Of a DNA stretch of 37,620 bases, positions 7,767-15,945 are shown in pieces. The DNA comes from an uncultured Rhizobiaceae bacterium (lineage in GTDB: Bacteria > Pseudomonadota > Alphaproteobacteria > ATCC43930 > CGMCC-115725). The notes under the pieces are model-generated. The model did not search any database, had not been told where the DNA came from, and saw nothing but the letters and a program-made list of their open reading frames with translations. Position numbers and translations under genes: made by a program. Numbering within the stretch: the first letter of the stretch is position 1; each line of letters begins with the position of its first letter. The stretch is taken from the NCBI GenBank assembly GCA_964391905.1, contig CAYMNX010000524.1, positions 1 to 37,620 on the forward strand, read 5' to 3'.

Positions 7767-8039
7767 TCAGCTTGGGAAATTCGAGCGGGTCAAATAATCA
7801 ATAATCCCGAGGCCGAGGAGAAAGAAAAGCCAGAAAAACCCCGCGCCGGCGAAGACGCGCTTTATTGGCGGGGGTTGGCGCACGCGCATGAAAATGACGA
7901 AAACGATCGCTGCTTGTATCGCGGCAATGACGAAATTCGCGATCGGATGAAATTGGCCGAGAGGAAGATAGGCGCTGAGCACGCTGAGGCCCAGCAGCAG
8001 CAGGAGAGCGATCCACGCGATTATATAGAATAAAAGCAT
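7767..8039 (-). CDS. Cytochrome c oxidase subunit IV family protein (prokaryotic COX4-type)
   Basis: Track ORF 7767..8270 trimmed to ATG 8039 (90 aa, MLLFYIIAWIALLLLLGLSVLSAYLPLGQFHPIANFVIAAIQAAIVFVIFMRV...). It has three hydrophobic helices. The start lies 14 nt downstream of the subunit III stop, making it the last gene of the oxidase operon. Confidence 0.75.
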   Translation of the reverse strand: MLLFYIIAWIALLLLLGLSVLSAYLPLGQFHPIANFVIAAIQAAIVFVIFMRVRQPPPIKRVFAGAGFFWLFFLLGLGIIDYLTRSNFPS

Positions 8040-8053
8040 CGCGTCGCTCGCGC

Positions 8054-8695
8054 TCAGGACGCCGACCGGGCTACTGGATAGATGGCGGCGAAGAGGAAAA
8101 GCCAGACCACATCGACGAAGCTCCAATAGAGTCCGACGACCTCGAGCGGCGCATAGTAGCTCGGCGAGAATGCGCCGCGCCTTGTCTTCAGGGTCATGAT
8201 CAGCACGAACGCAATACCGATCGACAAATGAACCGCATGGACGCCGGTCGCGACGAAATAGAAGATCCAAAAGAGTTGGGTGGGCGGCTGATGGCCGGAT
8301 TTGAGGACGAAATTGAGGACGGGAACCGTCTGATCCTCGTAATCCTGGACATATTCATAGGCCTTGACGCCAAGGAAGGCGATGCCGAGCACCGCGGTGA
8401 GGAAGAGAAGCGCCGCGGCGCCGCCGCGATCCTGCTTCACCCGCCCGATCGCCGCGACCATGGTGAGGCTGCTCGTGAGCAGCAGCGCGGTGTTGATGCT
8501 GCCGAGCAAGATCTTCGAATCGCGCGCGGCCAGGGAAAATTGGTCGGGATAGGCCGTGCGGTAGACGAAGTAGGCGAAGAAAAGGGCGCCGAAGAACAGA
8601 ACCTCTGTCGCAAGAAACACCCACATGCCGAGCTCGGCCGTTTCTCCTTGCTGAGCGAGGGTGCGGTACTGAACCTCGGGACGAAGCTCACGCAT
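8054..8695 (-). CDS. ctaE: Cytochrome c oxidase subunit III
   Basis: Track ORF 8054..8830 trimmed to ATG 8695, which overlaps the subunit I stop (8688-8690) by 8 nt. The sequence [26 protein letters not shown]...[20 protein letters not shown]...[16 protein letters not shown] is typical of heme-copper oxidase subunit III. Confidence 0.9.
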   Translation of the reverse strand: MRELRPEVQYRTLAQQGETAELGMWVFLATEVLFFGALFFAYFVYRTAYPDQFSLAARDSKILLGSINTALLLTSSLTMVAAIGRVKQDRGGAAALLFLTAVLGIAFLGVKAYEYVQDYEDQTVPVLNFVLKSGHQPPTQLFWIFYFVATGVHAVHLSIGIAFVLIMTLKTRRGAFSPSYYAPLEVVGLYWSFVDVVWLFLFAAIYPVARSAS

Positions 8696-10328
8696 TGGCG
8701 ACGCCGTCCTGCGAGACGTAACTGCCATCGACCGGGTTGTACTGATAAGGCGGCCGGGTGACGACCGGCGTCGCTTCAAAATTATGCTCGGGAGGCGGCG
8801 AGCTCGTGCGCCATTCGAGACCCGTCGCATGCCACGGATTGGGGCCGGCTTTCGGCCCTCGAAGAACCGACCACCCGAGATAGAAAAGCGGCATCACGTA
8901 AGCGACAGCGAGAATCGACGCGCCGGCCGATGACAGGACATGCCACACTTGGAATTCCGGAGGGTAGGTGTAATAGCGTCGTGGCATGCCGAGGTAGCCG
9001 AGGATGAACTGCGGGAAAAAAGTGAGATTGAAGCCGAGAAAGGTGAGAATCGCCGCGGCGCGCGCCCAGATCTCGGGATAAAGTCGCCCTGTGATCTTCG
9101 GCCACCAGTAGTGAAGCCCACCGAAAAAGGCGCTCACCGTACCGCCTACCATGATGTAGTGGAAATGGGCGATGACGAAATAGGTATCCGTTACATGGAT
9201 GTCGATCGCGAGGGTCGCGAGCATCAGGCCGGTCAGTCCGCCGATGGTGAACAAGCCCACGAAGCCCAAGGCATAGAGCATCGGCGCATCGAAGGAGATG
9301 CTGCCGCCGTGAAGCGTGGCTGTCCAGTTGAAGACCTTGATCGCCGAGGGCACGGCGACGATGAAGCTCATGAGCGAGAAGACGATAGCGGAGAAGATCG
9401 ATATTCCCGCGACGAACATGTGATGACCCCAAACGAAGAAGCCGATCACCGCGATCGCGATCAAGGCATAGGCCATCCCGCGATAGCCGAAGACCGGCCG
9501 CCGCGCGAAACAGCTGACGAGCTCGCTGACCGTGCCCATGGCGGGAAGGACCATGATGTAGACCGCCGGGTGCGAGTAGAACCAGAACATGTGCTGGAAT
9601 AGGAGCGGATCGCCGCCGAGCGACGGATCGAATATGCCAACGCCGAGCCAACGCTCGATCGCAATGAGGGCAAGGGTCATCGCCAGGACGGGCGTCGCCA
9701 GCAGCATGATCACGCTCGTGGCATAGATGGCCCAGACGAAGAGCGGCAAGCGAAACCAGGTGAGGCCCGGCGCGCGCAGGCGGTGGGTCGTGACGACGAA
9801 ATTGAGCGCCGTCATGATCGTCGAAAAGCCATTGACGAAAACGGCAACCGCGGCGGCGATCACATGGCTGTTCGAAAACAGCGTCGAGAACGGCGTGTAA
9901 AACGTCCAACCTGTGTCGACTCCGCCGCTCACGAGGAAATAGACGGCGAGGATGCCCGACAGGTTGAAAAGATACCAGCTCGCGAGATTGAGGCGCGGGA
10001 AGGCAAGATCACGCGCGCCGATCATCAGCGGAATGAGAAAATTCCCCAGGGTCGTCGGGATCGAAGGAATGAGGAAGAACCATACCATCACGATGCCGTG
10101 CATCGTGAACATGCGGTTGTACATGTCGGGTTGCAGCAGATGAGCTGCCGGATCGACGAGATGGATCCGGATCAGCGTTGCGGCAAAACCGCCGATGAAA
10201 AAGAAGATCGTGATCGACGCGAAGAAGAGCAGCGCGATTCGCTTGTGATCCGTGGTGAGAAACCACGAACGGAGCGTGAATTCATGCGTCAAGTAGCTGC
10301 GTGGGAACTCGGCGGCGATAGCGGTCAT
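8688..10328 (-). CDS. ctaD: Cytochrome c oxidase subunit I, A2-type (YSHPAVY motif)
   Basis: 546-aa ORF with the full heme-copper oxidase subunit I pattern: [41 protein letters not shown] and [12 protein letters not shown]. The helix VI motif is YSHPAV rather than GHPEV. Confidence 0.95.
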   Translation of the reverse strand: MTAIAAEFPRSYLTHEFTLRSWFLTTDHKRIALLFFASITIFFFIGGFAATLIRIHLVDPAAHLLQPDMYNRMFTMHGIVMVWFFLIPSIPTTLGNFLIPLMIGARDLAFPRLNLASWYLFNLSGILAVYFLVSGGVDTGWTFYTPFSTLFSNSHVIAAAVAVFVNGFSTIMTALNFVVTTHRLRAPGLTWFRLPLFVWAIYATSVIMLLATPVLAMTLALIAIERWLGVGIFDPSLGGDPLLFQHMFWFYSHPAVYIMVLPAMGTVSELVSCFARRPVFGYRGMAYALIAIAVIGFFVWGHHMFVAGISIFSAIVFSLMSFIVAVPSAIKVFNWTATLHGGSISFDAPMLYALGFVGLFTIGGLTGLMLATLAIDIHVTDTYFVIAHFHYIMVGGTVSAFFGGLHYWWPKITGRLYPEIWARAAAILTFLGFNLTFFPQFILGYLGMPRRYYTYPPEFQVWHVLSSAGASILAVAYVMPLFYLGWSVLRGPKAGPNPWHATGLEWRTSSPPPEHNFEATPVVTRPPYQYNPVDGSYVSQDGVANA

Positions 10329-11266
10329 GGCGGCATCTCTTGCTTCGGTGCGAGCGACTGAATGTAGGCGATCAGCTTCATCAGATCGTCCTCGCCGATC
10401 TGCCCGGCAAAAGACGGCATGACCGGCGGATATCCGGCAGCGATCTGCGCGCGCGGCAACAAGATGCTGTCACGTACATAACGCTCATCCGCACGAACCG
10501 TCTCGCCATCCTGCAGATGAACGAGGCTGCCATAAAGACCGACGAGCGATGGCGCGTGGACGGAGCTGCCGGGCTCGTGGCAGCCGCTGCAGCCATATTG
10601 GCGAAAGAGTACTTCGCCCTGCTGCGAGAGCGATGGGCCGGCGCCCTGCTGCTGGAGCCATTCCCCATAATCGGCGGGCGTCATCACCGTCACCATGCCG
10701 GTCATATCGGCATGTCCCGTTCCGCAGAACTCGGCGCATTGGATGCGGAAGCTGCCGAGCCGCGTCGGCTTGAACCAGAAAACCTGATTCGTTCCCGGCA
10801 CGACATCGTGCTTCACGCGAAAGGCGGGGATGTAGAAGCTATGAATGACGTCCTCGGAACCGAGAACGACGCGCACGATCTTGCCGAGCGGAAGATGAAG
10901 CGCATCGATCTCGCGCTGTCCGCCGGGGTGCTGAATTTTCCACATCCACTGCTTGCCGACGACGTAGATCTCGAGGTCGGCGCGAGGCGGCTGGTAGAGA
11001 TAAAGGTAGGCATGCGCGCCCCAGGCAAAGAGCGCGAGAAAAGCGATCAGCGTGGCCGTCGTCCACCCGATCTCCCAATGCCAGCTCTTTGCGGGTATGG
11101 CGCGATCTGCTTTGCTGCCGCGGTGATAATAGATGGAAAAGGTGAACATCATCCCGAAGACGAAAATAAGAATCACCGACACCAGGATGAGCTCGGCAAT
11201 TGTGATTGCATCGACGGTCTGGCCCGTGGCGGAAGCATCCGTCGGCCAAAAAGGAATCCAGCTCAT
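10325..11266 (-). CDS. ctaC: Cytochrome c oxidase subunit II with fused C-terminal cytochrome c domain (caa3-type)
   Basis: 313-aa ORF with two N-terminal TM helices. The CuA motif is [13 protein letters not shown]...[12 protein letters not shown]. The C-terminal heme c site is CSGCH followed by PVMPSF. The stop/start junction with subunit I is an ATGA overlap (10325-10328). Confidence 0.92.
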   Translation of the reverse strand: MSWIPFWPTDASATGQTVDAITIAELILVSVILIFVFGMMFTFSIYYHRGSKADRAIPAKSWHWEIGWTTATLIAFLALFAWGAHAYLYLYQPPRADLEIYVVGKQWMWKIQHPGGQREIDALHLPLGKIVRVVLGSEDVIHSFYIPAFRVKHDVVPGTNQVFWFKPTRLGSFRIQCAEFCGTGHADMTGMVTVMTPADYGEWLQQQGAGPSLSQQGEVLFRQYGCSGCHEPGSSVHAPSLVGLYGSLVHLQDGETVRADERYVRDSILLPRAQIAAGYPPVMPSFAGQIGEDDLMKLIAYIQSLAPKQEMPP

Positions 11267-12060
11267 CGCGACCCTGCCTTCTTCGCGCGCGAAAGCTGCA
11301 GGAGGAGGCCGATCAGCGCGATCACGGTAAGAGCCGCGAGGACGCGCATCGCCGTATTGACTTGCCCGCTATATCGTCCGGTCGCAGGGTCGTAGCAGTA
11401 GCAGAGCAGAAGCAAATTCGTGGCCGGGCTCGAAATCGCGCCCTTCCCGGCCTCGGTCAGAGCGAGCCGTAGATCGAGCGGGCGATAATCGATGCCGAGG
11501 ATGTATCGCGAGATGATCCCATCGGGCGCGATCACCGTCACACCCGCGGGGTGCGCGTATTGATCGGCGGCCGCGTCATAGCGATAGGGAAAGCCGACCG
11601 CGGCGGCAACCTGCCGTATGTCGGCTTCATCGCCGGTGAGGAAGTGCCAGCCGTCTCCCCCCCTGCCACGCGCGCGGTATTTTGCATGCGCCGCCCGTGA
11701 ATCGGCCGGCCCTTCGCGCGGATTGATGCTCAGCGCGATCACCGAGAAGTCGTGCCCCGCGACCAGCGGTACACGGTCGAGCGCCCCGGCAAGGCTCGAG
11801 AGCGCGAAGCCGCAGAGCGTTTTGCACCGAAGGTAGTCGAGCACCAGGATGACGGGCCGCGCGCCGAAGAAATCGCCGAGACCGACCGATTTCCCTTCGT
11901 CGTCGACGAAGCGCGCGCCAAGCGGCAAGCGGGTGCCCGGATGCTGATGAAATTCCAGCGTCTCGAGCTCGCCGGCAGTGAAGGCGGATTGGCTCATCGC
12001 CGCGCCACCCGGCATGATCACGAGCAACCCGATGCAGAAGAGCAAGACGCGGCAAGTCAT
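11263..12060 (-). CDS. SCO1/SenC-family copper chaperone with C-terminal CYCY motif and TM helix
   Basis: 265-aa ORF with a signal/anchor sequence. It has a thioredoxin-like core with the CKTLC (CxxxC) motif and a downstream YAHPAG histidine. The C-terminal extension is LLLLCYCYDPATGRYSGQVNTAMRVLAALTVIALIGLLLQL. There are ATGA overlaps at both ends (12057-12060 and 11263-11266). Confidence 0.85.
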   Translation of the reverse strand: MTCRVLLFCIGLLVIMPGGAAMSQSAFTAGELETLEFHQHPGTRLPLGARFVDDEGKSVGLGDFFGARPVILVLDYLRCKTLCGFALSSLAGALDRVPLVAGHDFSVIALSINPREGPADSRAAHAKYRARGRGGDGWHFLTGDEADIRQVAAAVGFPYRYDAAADQYAHPAGVTVIAPDGIISRYILGIDYRPLDLRLALTEAGKGAISSPATNLLLLCYCYDPATGRYSGQVNTAMRVLAALTVIALIGLLLQLSRAKKAGSR

Positions 12061-12425
12061 GGCGGCTTCGCGAAATCGGGAATGCCCTGCGCCGCGATGG
12101 TATCCATCGCGCGGTCGATCGGGATGTGAATGATGCCGTGCTCGCGATCGACCCAGCCATAGCTTTGAAGGCGATCCTCCTTCGCGGCGCGCAGCTTTGC
12201 GAGATCATTTGCCGGATTGAGCTGCAATTCCGGCTGCGGCGGCCGAATCGACAGCGCGCGATCGACATCTTTGGTCGCGGGCGAATAGAAGAGGGTGAGA
12301 AGAAACGGCGCTAAAGCGAGAAAAACGAACAGCCCCAGCCCCACGAAACCGACGGCCCGGGCGTTCATATCCGACGCTTCAAACCGCGTCTCGCTATTCT
12401 CGACGATCCGATCGCGCTCGCTCAC
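12057..12425 (-). CDS. Small single-TM membrane protein of unknown function embedded between actF and sco (possible ACIII/oxidase accessory subunit)
   Basis: This is the 3' part of composite track ORF 12057..13217. Only the last ~122 codons look protein-like: VSERDRIVENSETRFEASDMNARAVGFVGLGLFVFLALAPFLLTLFYSPATKDVDRALSIRPPQPELQLNPANDLAKLRAAKEDRLQSYGWVDREHGIIHIPIDRAMDTIAAQGIPDFAKPP. GTG 12425 forms a GTGA overlap with the actF stop. The alternative start ATG 12368 would give 103 aa. Confidence 0.5.
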   Translation of the reverse strand: MSERDRIVENSETRFEASDMNARAVGFVGLGLFVFLALAPFLLTLFYSPATKDVDRALSIRPPQPELQLNPANDLAKLRAAKEDRLQSYGWVDREHGIIHIPIDRAMDTIAAQGIPDFAKPP

Positions 12426-13519
12426 GGCTTGGCTCCATGCCAGCGAGGCGATTCGAGGAGGGCGGCGTGGTCGATGCGGCGCAGCCGCCACAGGAAAAGC
12501 GACAGCCAGATGCCGCCGAGGCCGATGACGGCGGCAGGCGCGATCCAACCGAGGCCAGCGCCGCGGAAACGCGGAAGCACGAGCCACCAGACGTGGAGAA
12601 GATCGGCCAGCACCAGGATGGCGCAGACCGTGGCGACGACCCAAGGGGTTTTCTTGGTCGGCGTCCACACCAGGACGAAGAGCGGCACCACGAGGTGGCC
12701 AATCGCGATCACATAAATAAGAGGGCGCCAGAAATCGCGAAGACGCTCGAGATACCACGGAATCTCGGCGTGGAGGTTTTCCTCCCAGATGATCAGATAC
12801 TGGCTGTAGGCCGTATAGGCCCAGAAAATGTCGACAGCCAAGAGCAATGTCGCGAGCGTCGCCAAGTGGTGCCTGAATTGCGGCGGATCGATGGCGCTCG
12901 TCGGCTGACGGGAAATGCTCACGAGCAAGATGAAAGAGAGCGCGACGACGAATTGGCCGGCGCCAACCATCATGCCGTAGATGGTCGAGAACCAATGGGG
13001 CTCGATCGACATGATCCAATCGATCGCCGCATAGGTGTTGGAGAAGCCAAGAAGAATAAGCCCGACGCCGCTGAGCCAAGCCGGGCGCTGCGGACGGGTT
13101 TGGATAAAAGGGAGAAAATTCCAGACGAGCAGATAGATCGCGGCGCGCACGCCGAAGAAATCGACATTGAGATACCAACGATTGGGCAGGGACGAAAGCA
13201 CGTCGGCATGCGTCCATGGGTAAAGCACCGTCATCCCGGCGATGAGCGGCAGGAAGGCGAGGATGAAGAGCGGCATCGTCGCGACTGCCGCCTCGAGCGG
13301 CGCGCGGGCAATGATCTCCCAGCGCCCGCCGGTCAGATCATGGACGAGGAGCAGAGCAAGCGCGCCCAGCGGCAGGCTCAGGCAGTACCAGAAGGCGGCG
13401 AGCCATGCCGGAAAGAAAAGGTGCGGTGCGATGAAATAACCGAGGAGCGCAACGCCACAGCCGCCGAGGCCGCAAGCGAGAGCGGCTATGAACGACCGTA
13501 TGAAGCCCTGCTCACTCAT
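12422..13519 (-). CDS. actF: Alternative Complex III subunit ActF (NrfD-like polytopic membrane subunit)
   Basis: Track ORF 12422..13789 trimmed to ATG 13519, which forms an ATGA overlap with the actE stop. The 365-aa protein is polytopic, with HDLTGGRWE, MSIEPHWFSTIYG and YLIIWEENL motifs that I associate with ActF. It sits directly after actE. Confidence 0.75.
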   Translation of the reverse strand: MSEQGFIRSFIAALACGLGGCGVALLGYFIAPHLFFPAWLAAFWYCLSLPLGALALLLVHDLTGGRWEIIARAPLEAAVATMPLFILAFLPLIAGMTVLYPWTHADVLSSLPNRWYLNVDFFGVRAAIYLLVWNFLPFIQTRPQRPAWLSGVGLILLGFSNTYAAIDWIMSIEPHWFSTIYGMMVGAGQFVVALSFILLVSISRQPTSAIDPPQFRHHLATLATLLLAVDIFWAYTAYSQYLIIWEENLHAEIPWYLERLRDFWRPLIYVIAIGHLVVPLFVLVWTPTKKTPWVVATVCAILVLADLLHVWWLVLPRFRGAGLGWIAPAAVIGLGGIWLSLFLWRLRRIDHAALLESPRWHGAKP

Positions 13520-14040
13520 CGCTCGAGACGATTTCTCACGTCGGGTGGCGCTTGATCGAGCGACGCATGCTGGCTTGTCTGCAGCGCACGGATATAAGCG
13601 GTAATGGCCCAACGGTCTTCCGGCGTAACGCGATCGGCGTAAGAGAACATGACGCCATAGCCGTTCGTGATGACGTCGTAGAAATGCTGCGACGGCGCCT
13701 CCATGAGCCGATCGCTGGTATAGGGCGGCGGCGCCGGAAAGCCGCGCTGGACGATCATTCCCTGCCCGTCGCCAACTCGGCTGTGGCACGGAGCGCAGTA
13801 GATATCGAAGCGCTGTTGTCCGCGCTTGAGCAGCGCAAGCGTTACTGGCGGCGGGGGCGGCGCCGGCGCATCGTTGCGGGCTACCACCCCTTCGGGGAGA
13901 AGGTCGTTGGATGCGGCTGTTTCTCCGACACGGCGCTCATAGGGAAGGCGTTTCGGCTGATTTGCCATCTTGTCGCAGCCGGCCAGGGCGGATAGGACCA
14001 GGGCCGCGGCGGCGAGGGGCAATGTGCTTTTACGCCTCAC
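13516..14040 (-). CDS. actE: Alternative Complex III subunit ActE (monoheme cytochrome c lipoprotein)
   Basis: 174-aa ORF starting at GTG 14040, which forms a GTGA overlap with the actD stop. It has signal peptide plus lipobox LSALAGC, a single CAPCH heme site and a downstream GYGVMFSY Met ligand region. Confidence 0.85.
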   Translation of the reverse strand: MRRKSTLPLAAAALVLSALAGCDKMANQPKRLPYERRVGETAASNDLLPEGVVARNDAPAPPPPPVTLALLKRGQQRFDIYCAPCHSRVGDGQGMIVQRGFPAPPPYTSDRLMEAPSQHFYDVITNGYGVMFSYADRVTPEDRWAITAYIRALQTSQHASLDQAPPDVRNRLER

Positions 14041-14588
14041 CGTGACATCACCTCTGCAATGCGCAGCGCGCGATGTTGTGCAAAGAGCTCCGATAATCGC
14101 CGCGAATCAAATTGTCGATCGCGGGCCTCGACGCAGAGAAAGATGTGGTCCTGTGACGCACGCTCGAAGCCAGGCGCATCGAAGACGGGGTGATAAAGCT
14201 TCGGCAAGCGGCAGGTGATAAGCAAGGCAATGAAGCCGACATAAACGACGACGAATGCGGCGATCTCCCACGCGGTCGGCACGAAGGCGGGCCAGCTATG
14301 ATAGGGACGGCCGCCGATATTGATCGGATAGAGAACGACGGCGATTTGGTATTGCATGAAGTAGCCGAGCGCCGCGCCGCCCAGCGCCGCGACAAATAAA
14401 AAGAGCGCGAGCCGGACCTGCGGACGGCGCGGCAAGAGCGCGCTCATCTCTTCGATGGGGAGCGGCGAGTAGACGTCGAAGTTGCGGAAGCCGTCGTGAT
14501 GAAGTTGTCGCACGGCACCAAGCGCGTCGTCGGGCGTGCGAAATGCGCCCACGAGGCCATAGATCGCTCTGCTCTTCTCCTCAGCCAT
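14037..14588 (-). CDS. actD: Alternative Complex III subunit ActD (DUF3341)
   Basis: Track ORF 14037..14885 trimmed to ATG 14588, an 8-nt overlap with the actC stop. The sequence MAEEKSRAIYGLVGAFRTPDDALGAVRQLHHDGFRNFDVYSPLPIEE, followed by two TM helices, is the DUF3341/ActD pattern. Confidence 0.8.
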   Translation of the reverse strand: MAEEKSRAIYGLVGAFRTPDDALGAVRQLHHDGFRNFDVYSPLPIEEMSALLPRRPQVRLALFLFVAALGGAALGYFMQYQIAVVLYPINIGGRPYHSWPAFVPTAWEIAAFVVVYVGFIALLITCRLPKLYHPVFDAPGFERASQDHIFLCVEARDRQFDSRRLSELFAQHRALRIAEVMSR

Positions 14589-15945
14589 GGGGATGCTCGC
14601 GGCGAACGACTTCGCGCAACTCGAAAATCGAGACCACAGGCAGCAGACGAATAAAGAGGAAGAAGCCGACGAGGACGAGCCCGACCGAGCCGAACAGGAT
14701 CGCCCAGTCCCAGATCGTGGCGCTGTAATTGTTCCATTCGGATGGGATGTAATCGCGCGCGAGGCTCGTGACGACGAAGGTGTAGCGCTCGAGCCACATG
14801 CCAATGATAACGGCGAGGGCGACGAGCCAGAGCAGAAGCTCGTTGCGGCGCAGTGCCGGAAACCAGAAGAGTTGCGGCAAAGCAATGTTGAAGACGACGT
14901 GGAGCCAATAGGCTGCGGCGTAGGGGCCGAACAGGCGGAAGAGGAACATGGTCACTTCCGGCGCATCGCCGCGATAAAACGGCTGGAATGCTTCGAGCGC
15001 GTAGCAGTAGCCGAGCATCAAGCTCGTCGCGACCATAAGCTTTGCCAGCACGTCGAGATGACGGCCGGTGACGATCCGCTCGAGTCCATAAAGGCGACGG
15101 ATCGGGATGAGCAGCAGCAAGATCGCTGCGAAGCCCGAGAAAAGGGCGCCGATGAAGAAGTAGGGCGGCCACTGCGTCGAATGCCATCCGGCGGCAAGCC
15201 CTGCGGCGAAATCGAGACCGACAATGCTGTGCACGGAAACGACCATCGGCGCCATGAAGCCTGCCATGACAAGGTAGACGAGCTTGTAGCTGCGCCAGTG
15301 GCGTGCCGATCCGCGCCAACCGAGGGCAAGAGTGCCGTAGAAAATCTGCTGCAAGCGGCTTTTGGCGCGGTCGCGCAAAGTCGCACAATCGGGAACGAGC
15401 CCCACATACCAGAACACGATCGAGTTGAGGATGTAAAAAAGAAGGGCAAAGAAATCCCATAGCAATGGACTGCGGAACTGCGGCCAGATCCCCATGACGG
15501 AGGGATAGGGAAAGAGCCAGTAGAACAGGCCCTGGCGCCCCAAATGGAAGATCGGCATCAGCCCGGCCGCGGCCGCGGCAAAGAGCGTCAGCGATTCGGC
15601 AAAGCGATTGACGCCGTTTCGCCAATCCGCCTCGATAATGTAGAACAAGGACGAAATGAAGGTTCCGCCGCTCGCAATGCCGATCCACCAGACGTAATTG
15701 GCGAGCGCAAGCCCCCAGGCGACCGGAATATTGACGCCCCAGACGCCGATGCCGAAGACGAAGAGCCAAGTCGCGGCGATGATCAGGATAGTCAGCAAGA
15801 GCAGCGAAACGGCCATCCCGCCATACCACCAAAGCGGTGTCGGGCGTTCGAGCACGAGATCGCTCAGCTGCTCGCTGACGCTCGTGTAATTCTGCTCCGG
15901 TCCGATGACCGGCTCGCGCAGATCGGTTTCGGTGATCGAAGCCAT
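14581..15945 (-). CDS. actC: Alternative Complex III subunit ActC (NrfD/PsrC-family quinol-interacting membrane subunit)
   Basis: 454-aa polytopic ORF with WGLALANYVWWIGIASGGTFIS and WPQFRSPLLWDFFAL motifs typical of the NrfD/PsrC family. It follows the molybdopterin-like/FeS subunit with a 1-nt stop/start overlap at 15945. Confidence 0.9.
   Translation of the reverse strand: MASITETDLREPVIGPEQNYTSVSEQLSDLVLERPTPLWWYGGMAVSLLLLTILIIAATWLFVFGIGVWGVNIPVAWGLALANYVWWIGIASGGTFISSLFYIIEADWRNGVNRFAESLTLFAAAAAGLMPIFHLGRQGLFYWLFPYPSVMGIWPQFRSPLLWDFFALLFYILNSIVFWYVGLVPDCATLRDRAKSRLQQIFYGTLALGWRGSARHWRSYKLVYLVMAGFMAPMVVSVHSIVGLDFAAGLAAGWHSTQWPPYFFIGALFSGFAAILLLLIPIRRLYGLERIVTGRHLDVLAKLMVATSLMLGYCYALEAFQPFYRGDAPEVTMFLFRLFGPYAAAYWLHVVFNIALPQLFWFPALRRNELLLWLVALAVIIGMWLERYTFVVTSLARDYIPSEWNNYSATIWDWAILFGSVGLVLVGFFLFIRLLPVVSIFELREVVRREHPHG

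Noticed and set aside
6741-8033. 430-aa plus-strand ORF spanning the MFS gene and the oxidase subunit IV region.
   Set aside because: It is an out-of-frame shadow of the MFS gene. The translation is Arg/Gly/Pro/Ala-rich with no hydrophobic pattern or motifs. The MFS frame has clear family signatures.
8782-9909. 375-aa minus-strand ORF inside the oxidase subunit I gene. Plus-strand ORFs 8940..9602 and 9783..10361 were noticed with it.
   Set aside because: These are alternative frames or the antisense strand of an unambiguous ctaD gene. Their composition is dominated by R, D, H and G, as expected for shadow ORFs in GC-rich DNA.
10340-11395. 351-aa plus-strand ORF antisense to oxidase subunit II and sco.
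   Set aside because: It is antisense to two genes with clear CuA and CxxxC motifs, and it has no motifs of its own.
12437-13555. 372-aa plus-strand ORF antisense to actF.
   Set aside because: Its highly charged R/E/D-rich translation is the mirror of a hydrophobic membrane protein gene.
14444-15832. 462-aa minus-strand ORF overlapping actC in another frame. Plus-strand ORF 14587..15462 was noticed with it.
   Set aside because: These are shadow frames. The actC frame shows NrfD/PsrC motifs and start/stop coupling to its neighbours.
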